Positions 27,466-36,800 of a stretch of DNA of 64,000 nt are shown here, piece by piece. Made by a program: the position numbers and the translations under genes. Below the pieces are notes generated by a model. The model was given only the letters and a program-made list of their open reading frames with translations, was not told where the DNA came from and ran no database searches. Origin of the DNA: a candidate division WOR-3 bacterium (GTDB lineage Bacteria; Hydrothermota; Tepidihabitantia; Tepidihabitantales; Tepidihabitantaceae); assembly GCA_965648905.1 (NCBI GenBank), contig CBFGIT010000008.1, positions 22,255-86,254 of the forward strand, written 5' to 3'. Positions within the stretch are counted from its first letter, which is position 1, and every line of letters starts with the position of its first letter.

Positions 27466-28626
27466 CTATCCTGCACCTCCGAACCGATTTGTCGTCCGCC
27501 AGCCCAGAACCGGGTCAGCCAGGAACGTACGACTGCGCCGAAAACATGAGACATTCAACAGCACTCCGGCCGCAGCCATGTTCGTAACCAGGGCCGAGCC
27601 GCCGTACGATATGAACGGCAGCGGCTGACCCGTGGTCGGTACAAGTCCGAGCGTCACCGCGACATGTACCAGCGCATACATGAAGAGCATCACCGTAATG
27701 CCGGCAGCCAGCAGTTGACTGAAATTCCCGCTCGCTTCCCGGCTCACCCGCATCCCGCGTACCAGCAGCAAAGCGTAGAGCACAAAGACGACGACACTTC
27801 CTACAAACCCGGATTCCTCGCCCACCGAAGCGAAGATGAAGTCGTTGTGCATTTTGGGCAGGAACAGCCGCTTCTGCCGGCCTTCACCCAGGCCCATGCC
27901 CAGCAGTTGGCCCGAGCCAATCGCAATCAGGGACTGCTGCTGGTGATAGCGGTTGCCGTTGACAAAGTTGTTCCAGCGCCGGTTCGCGTAAGGCTGGAAC
28001 CGTATCACCCCGGCCACCAGCACAATCATCGCCAGGGTCACCGGCAGAAGAAACCGCACACTGACTCCGGCCACGAAGAAGAGCACCAGACACGACCCGA
28101 CCATAATGACGCTCGTCCCGATTGAAGGTTGAACCAGGGTCAAAAGAACCATGCCGAGCACCACGAGCCCGGGTTTGGCCACGGTGTTTCTGAAGTTCGG
28201 CTCCTTGCCGTCCCCGGCCAGGTCGGCGAAATAGCCGGCCAGCCAGAAAATCAGAGCGTACTTGGCGAACTCGGCCGGCTGAATTGATACGAACCAGACC
28301 GGCAGGTCGCGCTTGGCCACACCGCAGGCCAGACCGATTAGCCGTGTCAGGACAAGAAGGCCGGCCGAACCGCCCAGCAGCACCCAACGCAGCCGGCGCC
28401 AGCACACCGTGTGGTTGAGCAACGCGGTCACGGTCATGGCCGTAGCTCCGACCAGAACCCGGACCGCGTGCAGCCTGAGAAACGACGCGCCACGGTCAAG
28501 CGTGGTCGCGTAGACGGCGATGACGCCAATCATGACCAGCGCGGCGACAACGAAAAGAATGCGCGAGTCAATCGGGCTGGTTCGACACAGTCTCGAATCG
28601 CTGTTGTGTCGGTCAATCGCGAACAT
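27466..28626 (-). CDS. ftsW: SEDS-family lipid II flippase/peptidoglycan glycosyltransferase FtsW
   Basis: Multi-TM SEDS protein. Start set at MFAIDRHNS (ATG 28626), 2 nt after the murD stop. The ORF track offers an upstream ATG at 28683. Confidence 0.85.
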   Translation of the reverse strand: MFAIDRHNSDSRLCRTSPIDSRILFVVAALVMIGVIAVYATTLDRGASFLRLHAVRVLVGATAMTVTALLNHTVCWRRLRWVLLGGSAGLLVLTRLIGLACGVAKRDLPVWFVSIQPAEFAKYALIFWLAGYFADLAGDGKEPNFRNTVAKPGLVVLGMVLLTLVQPSIGTSVIMVGSCLVLFFVAGVSVRFLLPVTLAMIVLVAGVIRFQPYANRRWNNFVNGNRYHQQQSLIAIGSGQLLGMGLGEGRQKRLFLPKMHNDFIFASVGEESGFVGSVVVFVLYALLLVRGMRVSREASGNFSQLLAAGITVMLFMYALVHVAVTLGLVPTTGQPLPFISYGGSALVTNMAAAGVLLNVSCFRRSRTFLADPVLGWRTTNRFGGAG

Positions 28627-28628
28627 CG

Positions 28629-30041
28629 CTAGCTCATTGCCCTCGGTTGAATCGGTATTCGGTCCGCCCTGCCCGACCGGCACTTGCGCACCAGAACCCG
28701 AAACGCCTCACCCCGCGCCTGGAAGTCGGCGAACTGGTCGAAACTGGCAAACCCGGGCGAGAAAAGCACTGTGTCGCCGGCCACGGCCCGGCCCTGTGCA
28801 GCCCGTACCGCACTCTCAAGGTCAGCAGCCTTGCTCCAGCGGCTGAATCCGCGCTGCTTGAGCGCGCGTGCCAGGCGGTGCCGATTCTCGCCGGTCAGGA
28901 CTACCCATTTGGCGTGTCGCTCGATTGCCGCCAGATAGTCGTCCAAAGGCAGACCCTTTTCGCGGCCCCCGGCAATCAACACGACCCCTCTCCGCTCGGC
29001 TGCTGCGGCCAGGGACCGCGCTGCTGCAACTGGATTGGTACTCATCGAATTGTTCACGAACACCACCCGATTGATAACCGCCACCCGCTCCATCCGATGC
29101 TCAAGACCCCGGAACCTCGAAAGCACCTGCTGCATCGGTCCCGGCCCTGCGCCCAGCAGCCCCGAGGCAAGACACGCGGCCAGCGCGTTCTCAACATTGT
29201 GCTCACCCGGAAGCGCCAGTTGGGTCTTGGGCATCACCCTGCGTCCCAGGCACCAGATGTCTCCGTTCACAAGGCACGCGCCGTTCGCCCGGCCGCGAGT
29301 TGAAAAGAACCGCTTCCTGCCCCGGCCGCGCGCACGCGCCTGCCGGACACGCTCGTCGTCACGGTTCAGCACCGCAAAGTCTTCTCTTGTCTGCCGGTCC
29401 AGAACCCGCAGCTTGCTCTCAGCATAGGCCGCCATGGTCTGGTGTCGGTTAAGATGGTCGGGCGTGATGTTCAACACGACCGCAACCTTCGGCTTCAGCC
29501 AGCGTGCCCGCTCCAGTTGAAAACTCGAAGTCTCGACCACATAGTAGTCCCGGGCCGCCTGACCAAGAGCCTGAGAAAGAGGCTTGCCCGGTGCCAGGTT
29601 ACCACCCCAGAACACCTTCTTGCCCGAGGCAACAAGAATCCGGGCAATCAGAGTCGTGGTTGTTGACTTGCCATTGGTCCCGGTGACGACAACCAGCGGC
29701 CCCGGGACAAAACAGGAGGAGAAGTCGAGCTCATCAGCCACCTTTGTCCCGTGTTTGAGCAGGGCTTTGACTACCGGGTGCGAGTCTGGTATCCCTGGGC
29801 TGACTATCGCCCATTTCGGATTCACCGCATCAGGCTGGTTCGTAAGCTCAAGCCCCTGCTGTTTCAAACCTGCCACCGCCTCGCTCGTCCGCACGGCTCG
29901 ATTCTCATCCCAACCCAGAACCTCGGCTCCGGCCCGCAGCAGAAAGCGGCTGACGCTCTGGCCGGACCGGCCCAGCCCTAGTACCAGAAACCGACTCCCT
30001 GCCAGCTCCGGAATTCCCTGCTTCACCGACCGCGCCATCAC
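28629..30041 (-). CDS. murD: UDP-N-acetylmuramoylalanine--D-glutamate ligase MurD
   Basis: FLVLGLGRSGQSVSRFL and VVVTGTNGKSTTTTLIARIL. Confidence 0.9.
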   Translation of the reverse strand: MMARSVKQGIPELAGSRFLVLGLGRSGQSVSRFLLRAGAEVLGWDENRAVRTSEAVAGLKQQGLELTNQPDAVNPKWAIVSPGIPDSHPVVKALLKHGTKVADELDFSSCFVPGPLVVVTGTNGKSTTTTLIARILVASGKKVFWGGNLAPGKPLSQALGQAARDYYVVETSSFQLERARWLKPKVAVVLNITPDHLNRHQTMAAYAESKLRVLDRQTREDFAVLNRDDERVRQARARGRGRKRFFSTRGRANGACLVNGDIWCLGRRVMPKTQLALPGEHNVENALAACLASGLLGAGPGPMQQVLSRFRGLEHRMERVAVINRVVFVNNSMSTNPVAAARSLAAAAERRGVVLIAGGREKGLPLDDYLAAIERHAKWVVLTGENRHRLARALKQRGFSRWSKAADLESAVRAAQGRAVAGDTVLFSPGFASFDQFADFQARGEAFRVLVRKCRSGRADRIPIQPRAMS

Positions 30042-31126
30042 CTTATCTTCAGTGTTGCCAGAGCTGCCAGACCAAACAAGGCGGCCAGAATCATGAACCG
30101 GGTCACAACCTTAGGCTCAGCCCAGCCGGCCAGCTCAAAATGATGGTGAATCGGCGCCATCCTGAACAGCCGTCTACCCCGGGTCGCGCGGAAGTATCCC
30201 ACCTGAAGAATCACCGACCCGGCCTCAAGCACGAACACACCGCCGACAATCGGCAGCAGCATCTCGTGCTTGGTCAGAACCGCAGCCAGTCCGAGCACGC
30301 CGCCGAGTGGCAGCGACCCGGTGTCACCCATGAACACCTCAGCCGGGTGAGCATTGAACCAGAGAAAGCCAAGACACGCACCGGTCAATGCCAAACAGAA
30401 GACCGCGGTCTCGCCCGCGGTCGGCACGAACATGATGTTCAGGTACTGGGCGATGCGGAAATGACCGGAAACATACGCCAGCACGGCATAGGTCGCCAGC
30501 GCGATGACCATCAGTCCTGAAGCCAACCCATCCAGGCCGTCGGCCAGGTTGACCGCGTTCGACGTTCCAATAACCACCGTCATGACAAACGGTATGTAGA
30601 GCCAGCCGAAATCAGCCACCAGGTTCTTGAACAGAAGCACGTTGGTGTGCGAACGCCGCAGCGGGTCAACCGGCACAAAATAGAGCACTGCCCCGATGAA
30701 TAGTGCCAGCGCCAACTGAACCACGAGTTTCACGGTTTTGCTCAGGCCGCGCGGCCGGCCCAGTCTCACCTTGACATAGTCGTCCCAGAAACCGAGCAAT
30801 CCGAGCCAGACCAGAGTCAGCAGCCCGAGCTGAACCTGGCGGTTCTCGAGGTCGGCAAAGAGCAGGACCGCGATTCCGCCGGCCGCAAGAATCAGAATGC
30901 CGCCCATGGTCGGGGTCCCGGCTTTGCCCTGATGTCGCTGGGGCACCTCATCACGAATCCGTTGTCCGATGTTGAGACGCCGCACGACCCGAATGAGCGC
31001 GGGCCCGAGCAGCAGAGTAAGCATGATGCTTGTCGCTCCGGCCGCGGCTGCTCTGAAAGTAATGTATCTGAACAGGTTGAACAACCCAAATGACCCGCGC
31101 AATGGTGCGAGCAGCTCATAGAGCAT
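30038..31126 (-). CDS. mraY: Phospho-N-acetylmuramoyl-pentapeptide transferase MraY
   Basis: 10-TM polyprenyl-phosphate sugar-phosphotransferase. NAVNLADGLDGLA motif. Confidence 0.95.
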   Translation of the reverse strand: MLYELLAPLRGSFGLFNLFRYITFRAAAAGATSIMLTLLLGPALIRVVRRLNIGQRIRDEVPQRHQGKAGTPTMGGILILAAGGIAVLLFADLENRQVQLGLLTLVWLGLLGFWDDYVKVRLGRPRGLSKTVKLVVQLALALFIGAVLYFVPVDPLRRSHTNVLLFKNLVADFGWLYIPFVMTVVIGTSNAVNLADGLDGLASGLMVIALATYAVLAYVSGHFRIAQYLNIMFVPTAGETAVFCLALTGACLGFLWFNAHPAEVFMGDTGSLPLGGVLGLAAVLTKHEMLLPIVGGVFVLEAGSVILQVGYFRATRGRRLFRMAPIHHHFELAGWAEPKVVTRFMILAALFGLAALATLKIR

Positions 31127-32692
31127 CTACTGCTCCCCGCCCGGCTCTTCTTCCGCCTTCGCCTTCAACCGCCCTTCGAGCACCTCGCGCGCCACCTCAC
31201 GGTCGTCGAAGTGGCGACGTTCGGCTCCGACAATCTGATAGTCCTCGTGACCCTTGCCGCAAATCACGACCGTATCACCAGACCGAGCCAGCCGCAAGGC
31301 ACGTTCAATTGCCGCGGCCCGGTCCGGCTCAACCAACACTTCGGCTCGCGGCCGCCGGATGCCCGTGCCATTGTCCTTCCTCACTTCCTGCTCGACTCCG
31401 ACCAGAATCTCCTCGATAATCGCCTCGGGTTTCTCGCCGCGCGGGTTGTCCGAAGTAACGACACAGACATCGGCCAGCTTTGCTGCCGTCTCTCCCATCT
31501 GGGGGCGCTTGCCTCGGTCCCGGTCCCCACCGCATCCGAACACAACCAGAACCCGGCCGGACGTGAACCGGCGTACCGTCGCCAGCACCCGACCGAGCGC
31601 ATCGGGCGTGTGTGCGTAGTCGACAAAGACGCCGAACCCCTGACCCGCGGCCACCGGTTCGAGCCGGCCCGGGACACCGGTAAGAGCTTCAGCTCCGGCA
31701 ACAATCTGTTCGAGCGGCCAGCCCAGGGCCCGACCCGCAGCCACCGCGGCAAGCAGATTCGACAACTGATGCTCGCCCACCAGCTTCATCCGCACCGGCA
31801 CAACCCGGCCTTCAACACTCACCGAACAGTCCAGACCATCAGGCCGCACCGCCTCAACCTTGCCCGACACCTCAGGAACCGGCTCCAGGTCCGGCCGCGT
31901 TCCGTAGCCGACCACGCGCGCCCGGGTCCGGTGTGGAATGTCCCGGCCCAAGGCATCGTCGTAGTTCACCACCGCAACCGCGTTCGGCCCAAGCTGAGTG
32001 AACAGCTTCGCCTTCGCTGCCCGATAGTTGTCCATTGTCCGGTGGAAGTCGAGATGGTCCTGGGTCACGTTGGTCAGCACCGCAACCCTGAAGTCAAGGT
32101 CGAACACCCGGTCCAGCTCCAGCGCGTGTGACGAAACCTCGGCGATGCACAGCCCGGCGCCGCGCTCGACCAGTGACGAGAGAATCTCTACCAGTTCCAG
32201 ACTCTCGGGCGTGGTCTGACCGGCCGGCCGCAACTGGCCGCCGTCATAGTACTCAATCGTCCCGATGAATCCCGGTTCCTGCCCGCCCTGTCGCGCCATC
32301 GCCCGGAGTAGATAGGTGGTCGTGGTCTTGCCGTTCGTACCCGTAACACCGACCAGACTCAGTTTCCGACTCGGGAAGCAGTAGAACCGGTTCGCGACCT
32401 GGGCCAGGAACCGCCGCGGCGTCGCGGTCTGCACCACGGTCACCCAGCTCTTCTGCACCCGGCTTACGTCCGAGCAGGCCACGCACAACGCGCCCCGGTT
32501 CACCGCGTCATCGATGAAGTCGGTGCCCGATGCCCGGAGCCCGTCAATCGCGACGAACAGCGCGCCCGGGCCTGACCGGGCCGAATGGTAGCAGATACTC
32601 CTCACCTCGACCGCCGCATTGCCGTAGACCACACAGGGTACGCCCTTGGTCAGGTCGGCAAGCTTCTTTGCGGTCGGCCCCGGTGTTTTCAC
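31127..32692 (-). CDS. murE: UDP-MurNAc-tripeptide synthetase MurE (meso-DAP/L-Lys adding)
   Basis: VGVTGTNGKTTTTYLL, TTPESLEL, and FGCGGDRDRGKRPQMG (MurE-specific). Start at GTG 32692 overlapping the ftsI stop (GTGA). Confidence 0.85.
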   Translation of the reverse strand: MKTPGPTAKKLADLTKGVPCVVYGNAAVEVRSICYHSARSGPGALFVAIDGLRASGTDFIDDAVNRGALCVACSDVSRVQKSWVTVVQTATPRRFLAQVANRFYCFPSRKLSLVGVTGTNGKTTTTYLLRAMARQGGQEPGFIGTIEYYDGGQLRPAGQTTPESLELVEILSSLVERGAGLCIAEVSSHALELDRVFDLDFRVAVLTNVTQDHLDFHRTMDNYRAAKAKLFTQLGPNAVAVVNYDDALGRDIPHRTRARVVGYGTRPDLEPVPEVSGKVEAVRPDGLDCSVSVEGRVVPVRMKLVGEHQLSNLLAAVAAGRALGWPLEQIVAGAEALTGVPGRLEPVAAGQGFGVFVDYAHTPDALGRVLATVRRFTSGRVLVVFGCGGDRDRGKRPQMGETAAKLADVCVVTSDNPRGEKPEAIIEEILVGVEQEVRKDNGTGIRRPRAEVLVEPDRAAAIERALRLARSGDTVVICGKGHEDYQIVGAERRHFDDREVAREVLEGRLKAKAEEEPGGEQ

Positions 32693-34443
32693 TGCGGGAT
32701 TACCCAGCCGGCATGACGGTCCAGACCAGGCCGGGCCGCGGCATACAGTCTTGCCCGCCGGCTCTCGGCCCGCTCCCAGCGGACCAGCCGGCTCCCGATG
32801 CAACTGAACACCGGACAGCAGACCGCGCCCGCGAACCGTTCGGTCCTCGGCTCGTCAATCAGCACGGCGATAACAAACCGCGGCCGTTCCTTGGGCAGAA
32901 ACCCGACAAAAGTCATTCGTGACCTCGTCATCGAGTAGCCACCCCACGGCTCGATCTTCTGTGCCGTGCCGGTCTTGCCGCAGGCAGCAACGCCCTCGAT
33001 TCGGGCCAGCACTCCGGTCCCCTCGGTGACCACCCGTTCCAGAATGTCCTTGATGCGCGCGCAGTTCTCTCGCCTCAGCACGCGGCGCACTGCCGTCGAC
33101 CGGGTTCGGCGCAGTACTCGGTTTCCCTGTTTCACTGAGTCGAGCAGGTACGGCCGCAGGTACACTCCGTCGTTGGCCACGCACAGATATGCGGCGGCCA
33201 TCTGCATCAGCGTCACGGTCAACCCTTGACCGAACACGACATTGGCAAAGCGCAGCGGCTTCAGTCGCCCCGGCCGGTCCAGATACCCCGCGCCTTCGTT
33301 GGGCAGCCCGAGTCCGGTCATCGTCCCGAACCCGAGCCCGCGCGCCAGCTCGTAGTAGTCTGCCGGGTCGAGCTGCTCCGACAACAGGGCGCAGCCGGCA
33401 TTCGACGACTTCACGAACAAACCATCGAAATCGAGCACCCCGTTCGGATGCACATCGCGTATCTTCCGGCCGGCAATCTCGACGTAACCCGGGGAAACGT
33501 CATACTTTCGCTGCACCAGTTTGTACGCGTCCCGGCTCTCCAATGCAGCCGCACACACCACCAGTTTGAATGAAGAGCCCGGCTCGAACTGGTCCGACAC
33601 TGCCGCGAGTTTCAGTCGTTCCTTGGGCACGCGCCCTGGTTCGTCCGGGTCATACTCCGGGTAGTCAACCAGCCCGAGCACGGCTCCGGTCTGAGCATCG
33701 AGCACGACCGCGGAACCGGAAAGGGCTCCGGTTCTCTCCACTGCCTGAGCTAGGGCATCACGGCATATCTCCTGGACGTCGATGTCCAGGGTCAGGTAAA
33801 TGTCCGCGCCGCCGACCGCTTCCTGGCGCGGCAGACTCGGGTGTGGATACCGCTGCCCAACCGCATCCCTGAGCAGCAGCGCCCAGCCGTCCCGGCCGCG
33901 CAGAATTGAGTCGTACTCGGCCTCAATCCCGGCCCGACCCCGACCGTCGCTGACAAACCCGACCACATCCGCGCCGAGCCCATGGTACGGGTACTCCCGC
34001 CTGAAGTCGTCATTGACAAATGTGCAGTTGTGATACTGCCGCTTGACCAGCACTCGGCGCAGTGCCTCGCCGGTTCGGTAATCGATATGGCGGCAGAACC
34101 AGTAGAACGTCTGACGCTCGGCCATCTCCTGGGCAATCTTGCGACGTTCGCCCAGTCCGAATCGAGAAAGAATCGCGGCCAGGGTCTCCTGCGAAGCGGC
34201 GTACTGCGGCAGCAGATGAATCGAGCACGAGCTCTTCGACAGTGCCAGTGAACGTCCGGCCCGGTCAAACACTTCGCCACGGCGAGCCGGTAGTTCCACC
34301 CTCAGCCAGTGCTGGACCTGGGCCTCACGTCGATAGTACGCTCCGCGCACGAGCTGGACAAACCCGACGTACAGAAAGAGCAGGACCCACCCTGCAAGCA
34401 GCGTCCCCGTGACGAACCGGAACCTGCCTCCACCCAAGGTCAA
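32689..34443 (-). CDS. ftsI: Penicillin-binding protein transpeptidase FtsI (PBP3-like)
   Basis: N-terminal TM anchor, SxxK (GSSFK), SxN (KSSNAG) and KTG (CGKTGTAQK) motifs. Confidence 0.9.
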   Translation of the reverse strand: MTLGGGRFRFVTGTLLAGWVLLFLYVGFVQLVRGAYYRREAQVQHWLRVELPARRGEVFDRAGRSLALSKSSCSIHLLPQYAASQETLAAILSRFGLGERRKIAQEMAERQTFYWFCRHIDYRTGEALRRVLVKRQYHNCTFVNDDFRREYPYHGLGADVVGFVSDGRGRAGIEAEYDSILRGRDGWALLLRDAVGQRYPHPSLPRQEAVGGADIYLTLDIDVQEICRDALAQAVERTGALSGSAVVLDAQTGAVLGLVDYPEYDPDEPGRVPKERLKLAAVSDQFEPGSSFKLVVCAAALESRDAYKLVQRKYDVSPGYVEIAGRKIRDVHPNGVLDFDGLFVKSSNAGCALLSEQLDPADYYELARGLGFGTMTGLGLPNEGAGYLDRPGRLKPLRFANVVFGQGLTVTLMQMAAAYLCVANDGVYLRPYLLDSVKQGNRVLRRTRSTAVRRVLRRENCARIKDILERVVTEGTGVLARIEGVAACGKTGTAQKIEPWGGYSMTRSRMTFVGFLPKERPRFVIAVLIDEPRTERFAGAVCCPVFSCIGSRLVRWERAESRRARLYAAARPGLDRHAGWVIPQ

Positions 34444-34757
34444 CGCGCCCTCGCGAACTCCATTCTCCGCTCGCTGCTCGTACCGGTTGAATCCTTCTGG
34501 CCTGGCTCGATCGCGACCATGGTCGGCCGCACTGGCTCGGCCGCAACCAACGTCCAGATTGAATCGAGTCGTTCGAACCTGGTCAACTGCGCGATTTCCA
34601 CATCCAGACGGTCCAGCTCATCTTTCAGCAACTGCCGCTCGGTCGCAAGCGTGGTAAGCTGCCGGGTCAACCTGACGCTCCGGTCATGCTGATAAAGGTA
34701 GGCAAGCGCCAGACCGCAGAGCAGTATCAGCCCGACAATCCTGCCCGCACTGCTCAT
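34440..34757 (-). CDS. ftsL: FtsL-like cell division protein (single TM + coiled coil)
   Basis: 105 aa with TM helix IVGLILLCGLALAYL followed by a Leu-heptad region. Position between rsmH and ftsI. Confidence 0.6.
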   Translation of the reverse strand: MSSAGRIVGLILLCGLALAYLYQHDRSVRLTRQLTTLATERQLLKDELDRLDVEIAQLTRFERLDSIWTLVAAEPVRPTMVAIEPGQKDSTGTSSERRMEFARAR

Positions 34758-35614
34758 CCGACCACCTCGGCGGCCCGCAGCCGCGCACTCCTTGCCCGGG
34801 GATTGCGCCGCACCTCATCCGGCCCGGGCGCCACTGCCTTGCGCGTCAGCACCCGCAGCCGCGTGCCGGCCGAGCCAAAGGCCTGCTTCACCAGACGTGC
34901 CTCGAGTGAATGATAGCAGATCGTTACTAACCTTCCGCCGCGCACCAGTACTTCAAGTGCCGCGGCCAGACCCATTCGCACCGCCCCAAGCTCATCATTG
35001 ACGGCAATCCGCAGTGCCTGAAACACCCGCGGCAGAGCCCGACGGACGAATCGCCCGGGCAAGACCTGCCGGACCACTCTAACCAGGTCCTGGGTCGTGC
35101 GTATCCGACTCCGCGCCCCGTGCACCACTCGGGCAATCCGGCCGCTCATCGGCTCCTCGCCATAGTCCCGCAACAGACTCTTGAGCTCTCGTTCCGGAGT
35201 CCTTCGCACCAGCTCAAGCGCGCTCTGCCGCTTGCCCGCCTGGTCAAACCGCATGTCCAGCGGCCCGTCATACTGATGACTGAATCCCCGGCCCGGCTCC
35301 TGCAACTGGTGAAGCGATACCCCGAAGTCAAAGAACACACCCGTCACCGGTCCAAGCCCAAGACGCTGGACAATCGACGCCATGTCCACGTAGCTGCTCT
35401 GAACCAGCGCTACGTTGTTGTAACCACTGAGTGCTTTCGAGGCCTCGGCAATCGCGTCCGGGTCAACGTCCAACCCCAGGACGAAGCGCGCCCCGGCATC
35501 AAGAATGGCGCGGGCGTGCCCTCCTCCCCCGACCGTTGCGTCAATCACTGTTCCGGTCTCGGGCCTGAGGAACTCCAGCACCTCATTGACCATCACCGGC
35601 TCGTGAAACATCAT
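34754..35614 (-). CDS. rsmH: 16S rRNA (cytosine1402-N4)-methyltransferase RsmH/MraW
   Basis: MMFHEPVMVNEVLEF...DATVGGGGHARAIL. Start set at the MM pair, which removes the overlap with mraZ. Confidence 0.9.
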   Translation of the reverse strand: MMFHEPVMVNEVLEFLRPETGTVIDATVGGGGHARAILDAGARFVLGLDVDPDAIAEASKALSGYNNVALVQSSYVDMASIVQRLGLGPVTGVFFDFGVSLHQLQEPGRGFSHQYDGPLDMRFDQAGKRQSALELVRRTPERELKSLLRDYGEEPMSGRIARVVHGARSRIRTTQDLVRVVRQVLPGRFVRRALPRVFQALRIAVNDELGAVRMGLAAALEVLVRGGRLVTICYHSLEARLVKQAFGSAGTRLRVLTRKAVAPGPDEVRRNPRARSARLRAAEVVG

Positions 35615-36143
35615 CCTGCTGAGGCTCGGTCTTTGGGTTCTGGCCACAAGCGGTACCGCTCACGACTTCGGGTCTGTTGCCCTGGGGCCTGAGACGGTCG
35701 AGTCTTGTAAGGTCGTCATCATACTGGCTGTCTGCCGACTGGAAGTACGTGCGATAACGTGTTGGCTCCCAGACCTCGAAAAACGGCCCGACCCCGATTA
35801 TCACTGCGGAATCGGTAATGCCGGTCACGTCCTTGAGGTTCTTGGGGATAAGAATCCGACCCTGGCTGTCCAACTCGACCTCGCGCGACTGTGACAACCT
35901 GGTCCGGCGCAGCCGCCGCGCCTGTGGGTCATAGAGCGGCACCCCGCCCATCACTTCCTCGACGTGCCTGCGCCAACCTTCGGCAGTGTGTACCTCTATG
36001 CAGCAGTCCGGCCCTCGCGCCATAACAACCCTATCACCGTCCACCAACCGCATCTGCTTGCGGAACGCGTGAGGAACTGCTACCCGGCTCTTCGGGTCAA
36101 CTGCATGAACAAACTCACCAACACAGACCGGCTCAGGACTATC
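35583..36143 (-). CDS. mraZ: Transcriptional regulator MraZ
   Basis: Two MraZ repeats (VDPKSRVAVPHAFRKQM... and LDSQGRILIPKNLKDV...). Start GTG 36143 preferred over GTG 36167 because GTGG repeats (putative operator) lie across 36141-36170. Confidence 0.8.
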   Translation of the reverse strand, partial: DSPEPVCVGEFVHAVDPKSRVAVPHAFRKQMRLVDGDRVVMARGPDCCIEVHTAEGWRRHVEEVMGGVPLYDPQARRLRRTRLSQSREVELDSQGRILIPKNLKDVTGITDSAVIIGVGPFFEVWEPTRYRTYFQSADSQYDDDLTRLDRLRPQGNRPEVVSGTACGQNPKTEPQQDDVSRAGDGQ

Positions 36144-36170
36144 CACGCGAGTCCACCACTTTTCCACACT
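36141..36170 (-). promoter_or_regulatory. Three GTGG direct repeats at ~10-bp spacing (putative MraZ operator) at the mraZ 5' end
   Basis: Minus strand: GTGTGGaaaaGTGGTGGactcGCGTGGata. Upstream sigma70-like TTGACA (plus 36237-36232), 17-nt spacer, TAGACT (plus 36214-36209). Confidence 0.35.
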
Positions 36171-36614
36171 GGTACTTGCGGTGAATTGTACTCATAGACA
36201 CCTGTATGCAGTCTATCACCACCATGCCTGCCTGTCAACTTCGGCTTTTGAGAATCACTAAGTCCGTAAGTCTTAGCCAAATAATATATTAACATATCCT
36301 CTGATACTGATGCTCGGTTCAGTACGCTTCTGGCCAGGCATCTGCTGCAGTCCGTGTCCCGCACCGTGTTCCGTGTCAGGCATCCTGCACTTTGAAGCCT
36401 GCATTCTGCCCTGGCAGCAATAGCGCGCTGGCCTGGTCATTGAGGCTTGGGCTTTACCACTCCCCTCCATCCGCCCTCTGCTGCCCGACACCCTACGACT
36501 CGGTCATTGCAGTCTGCACCATGCCCTCCGTGCTTGACTTCACCGCGCCCCGGCCTATATTTCGGGTCTATGCGGAATGGCGAGCAGCCCGACCAGAACC
36601 AGCTCATCCGGCGC

Positions 36615-36800
36615 GATGTTCTACCCTATGCCGAGGGCGTCTGTGTGAACGAGAGCAAGACCAAGATAGGCTACGAAATCAGCTTCAACCGCTACTTCTA
36701 CAAACCCCAGCCGCTTCGGACGCTCGAACAAATCCGCGCCGACATCCTGGCGTTGGAGAAGGAAACGGAAGGACTGCTGGACGAGATAGTCGGAAAGTGA
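36615..36800 (+). pseudogene. C-terminal remnant of a type I restriction-modification methyltransferase (HsdM-like) gene
   Basis: Only the last ~60 codons of ORF 36447..36800 look like protein: DVLPYAEGVCVNESKTKIGYEISFNRYFYKPQPLRTLEQIRADILALEKETEGLLDEIVGK, which matches the HsdM C-terminal NRYFY...LEEI pattern. The upstream part of the ORF is low-complexity non-protein-like. Confidence 0.45.
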
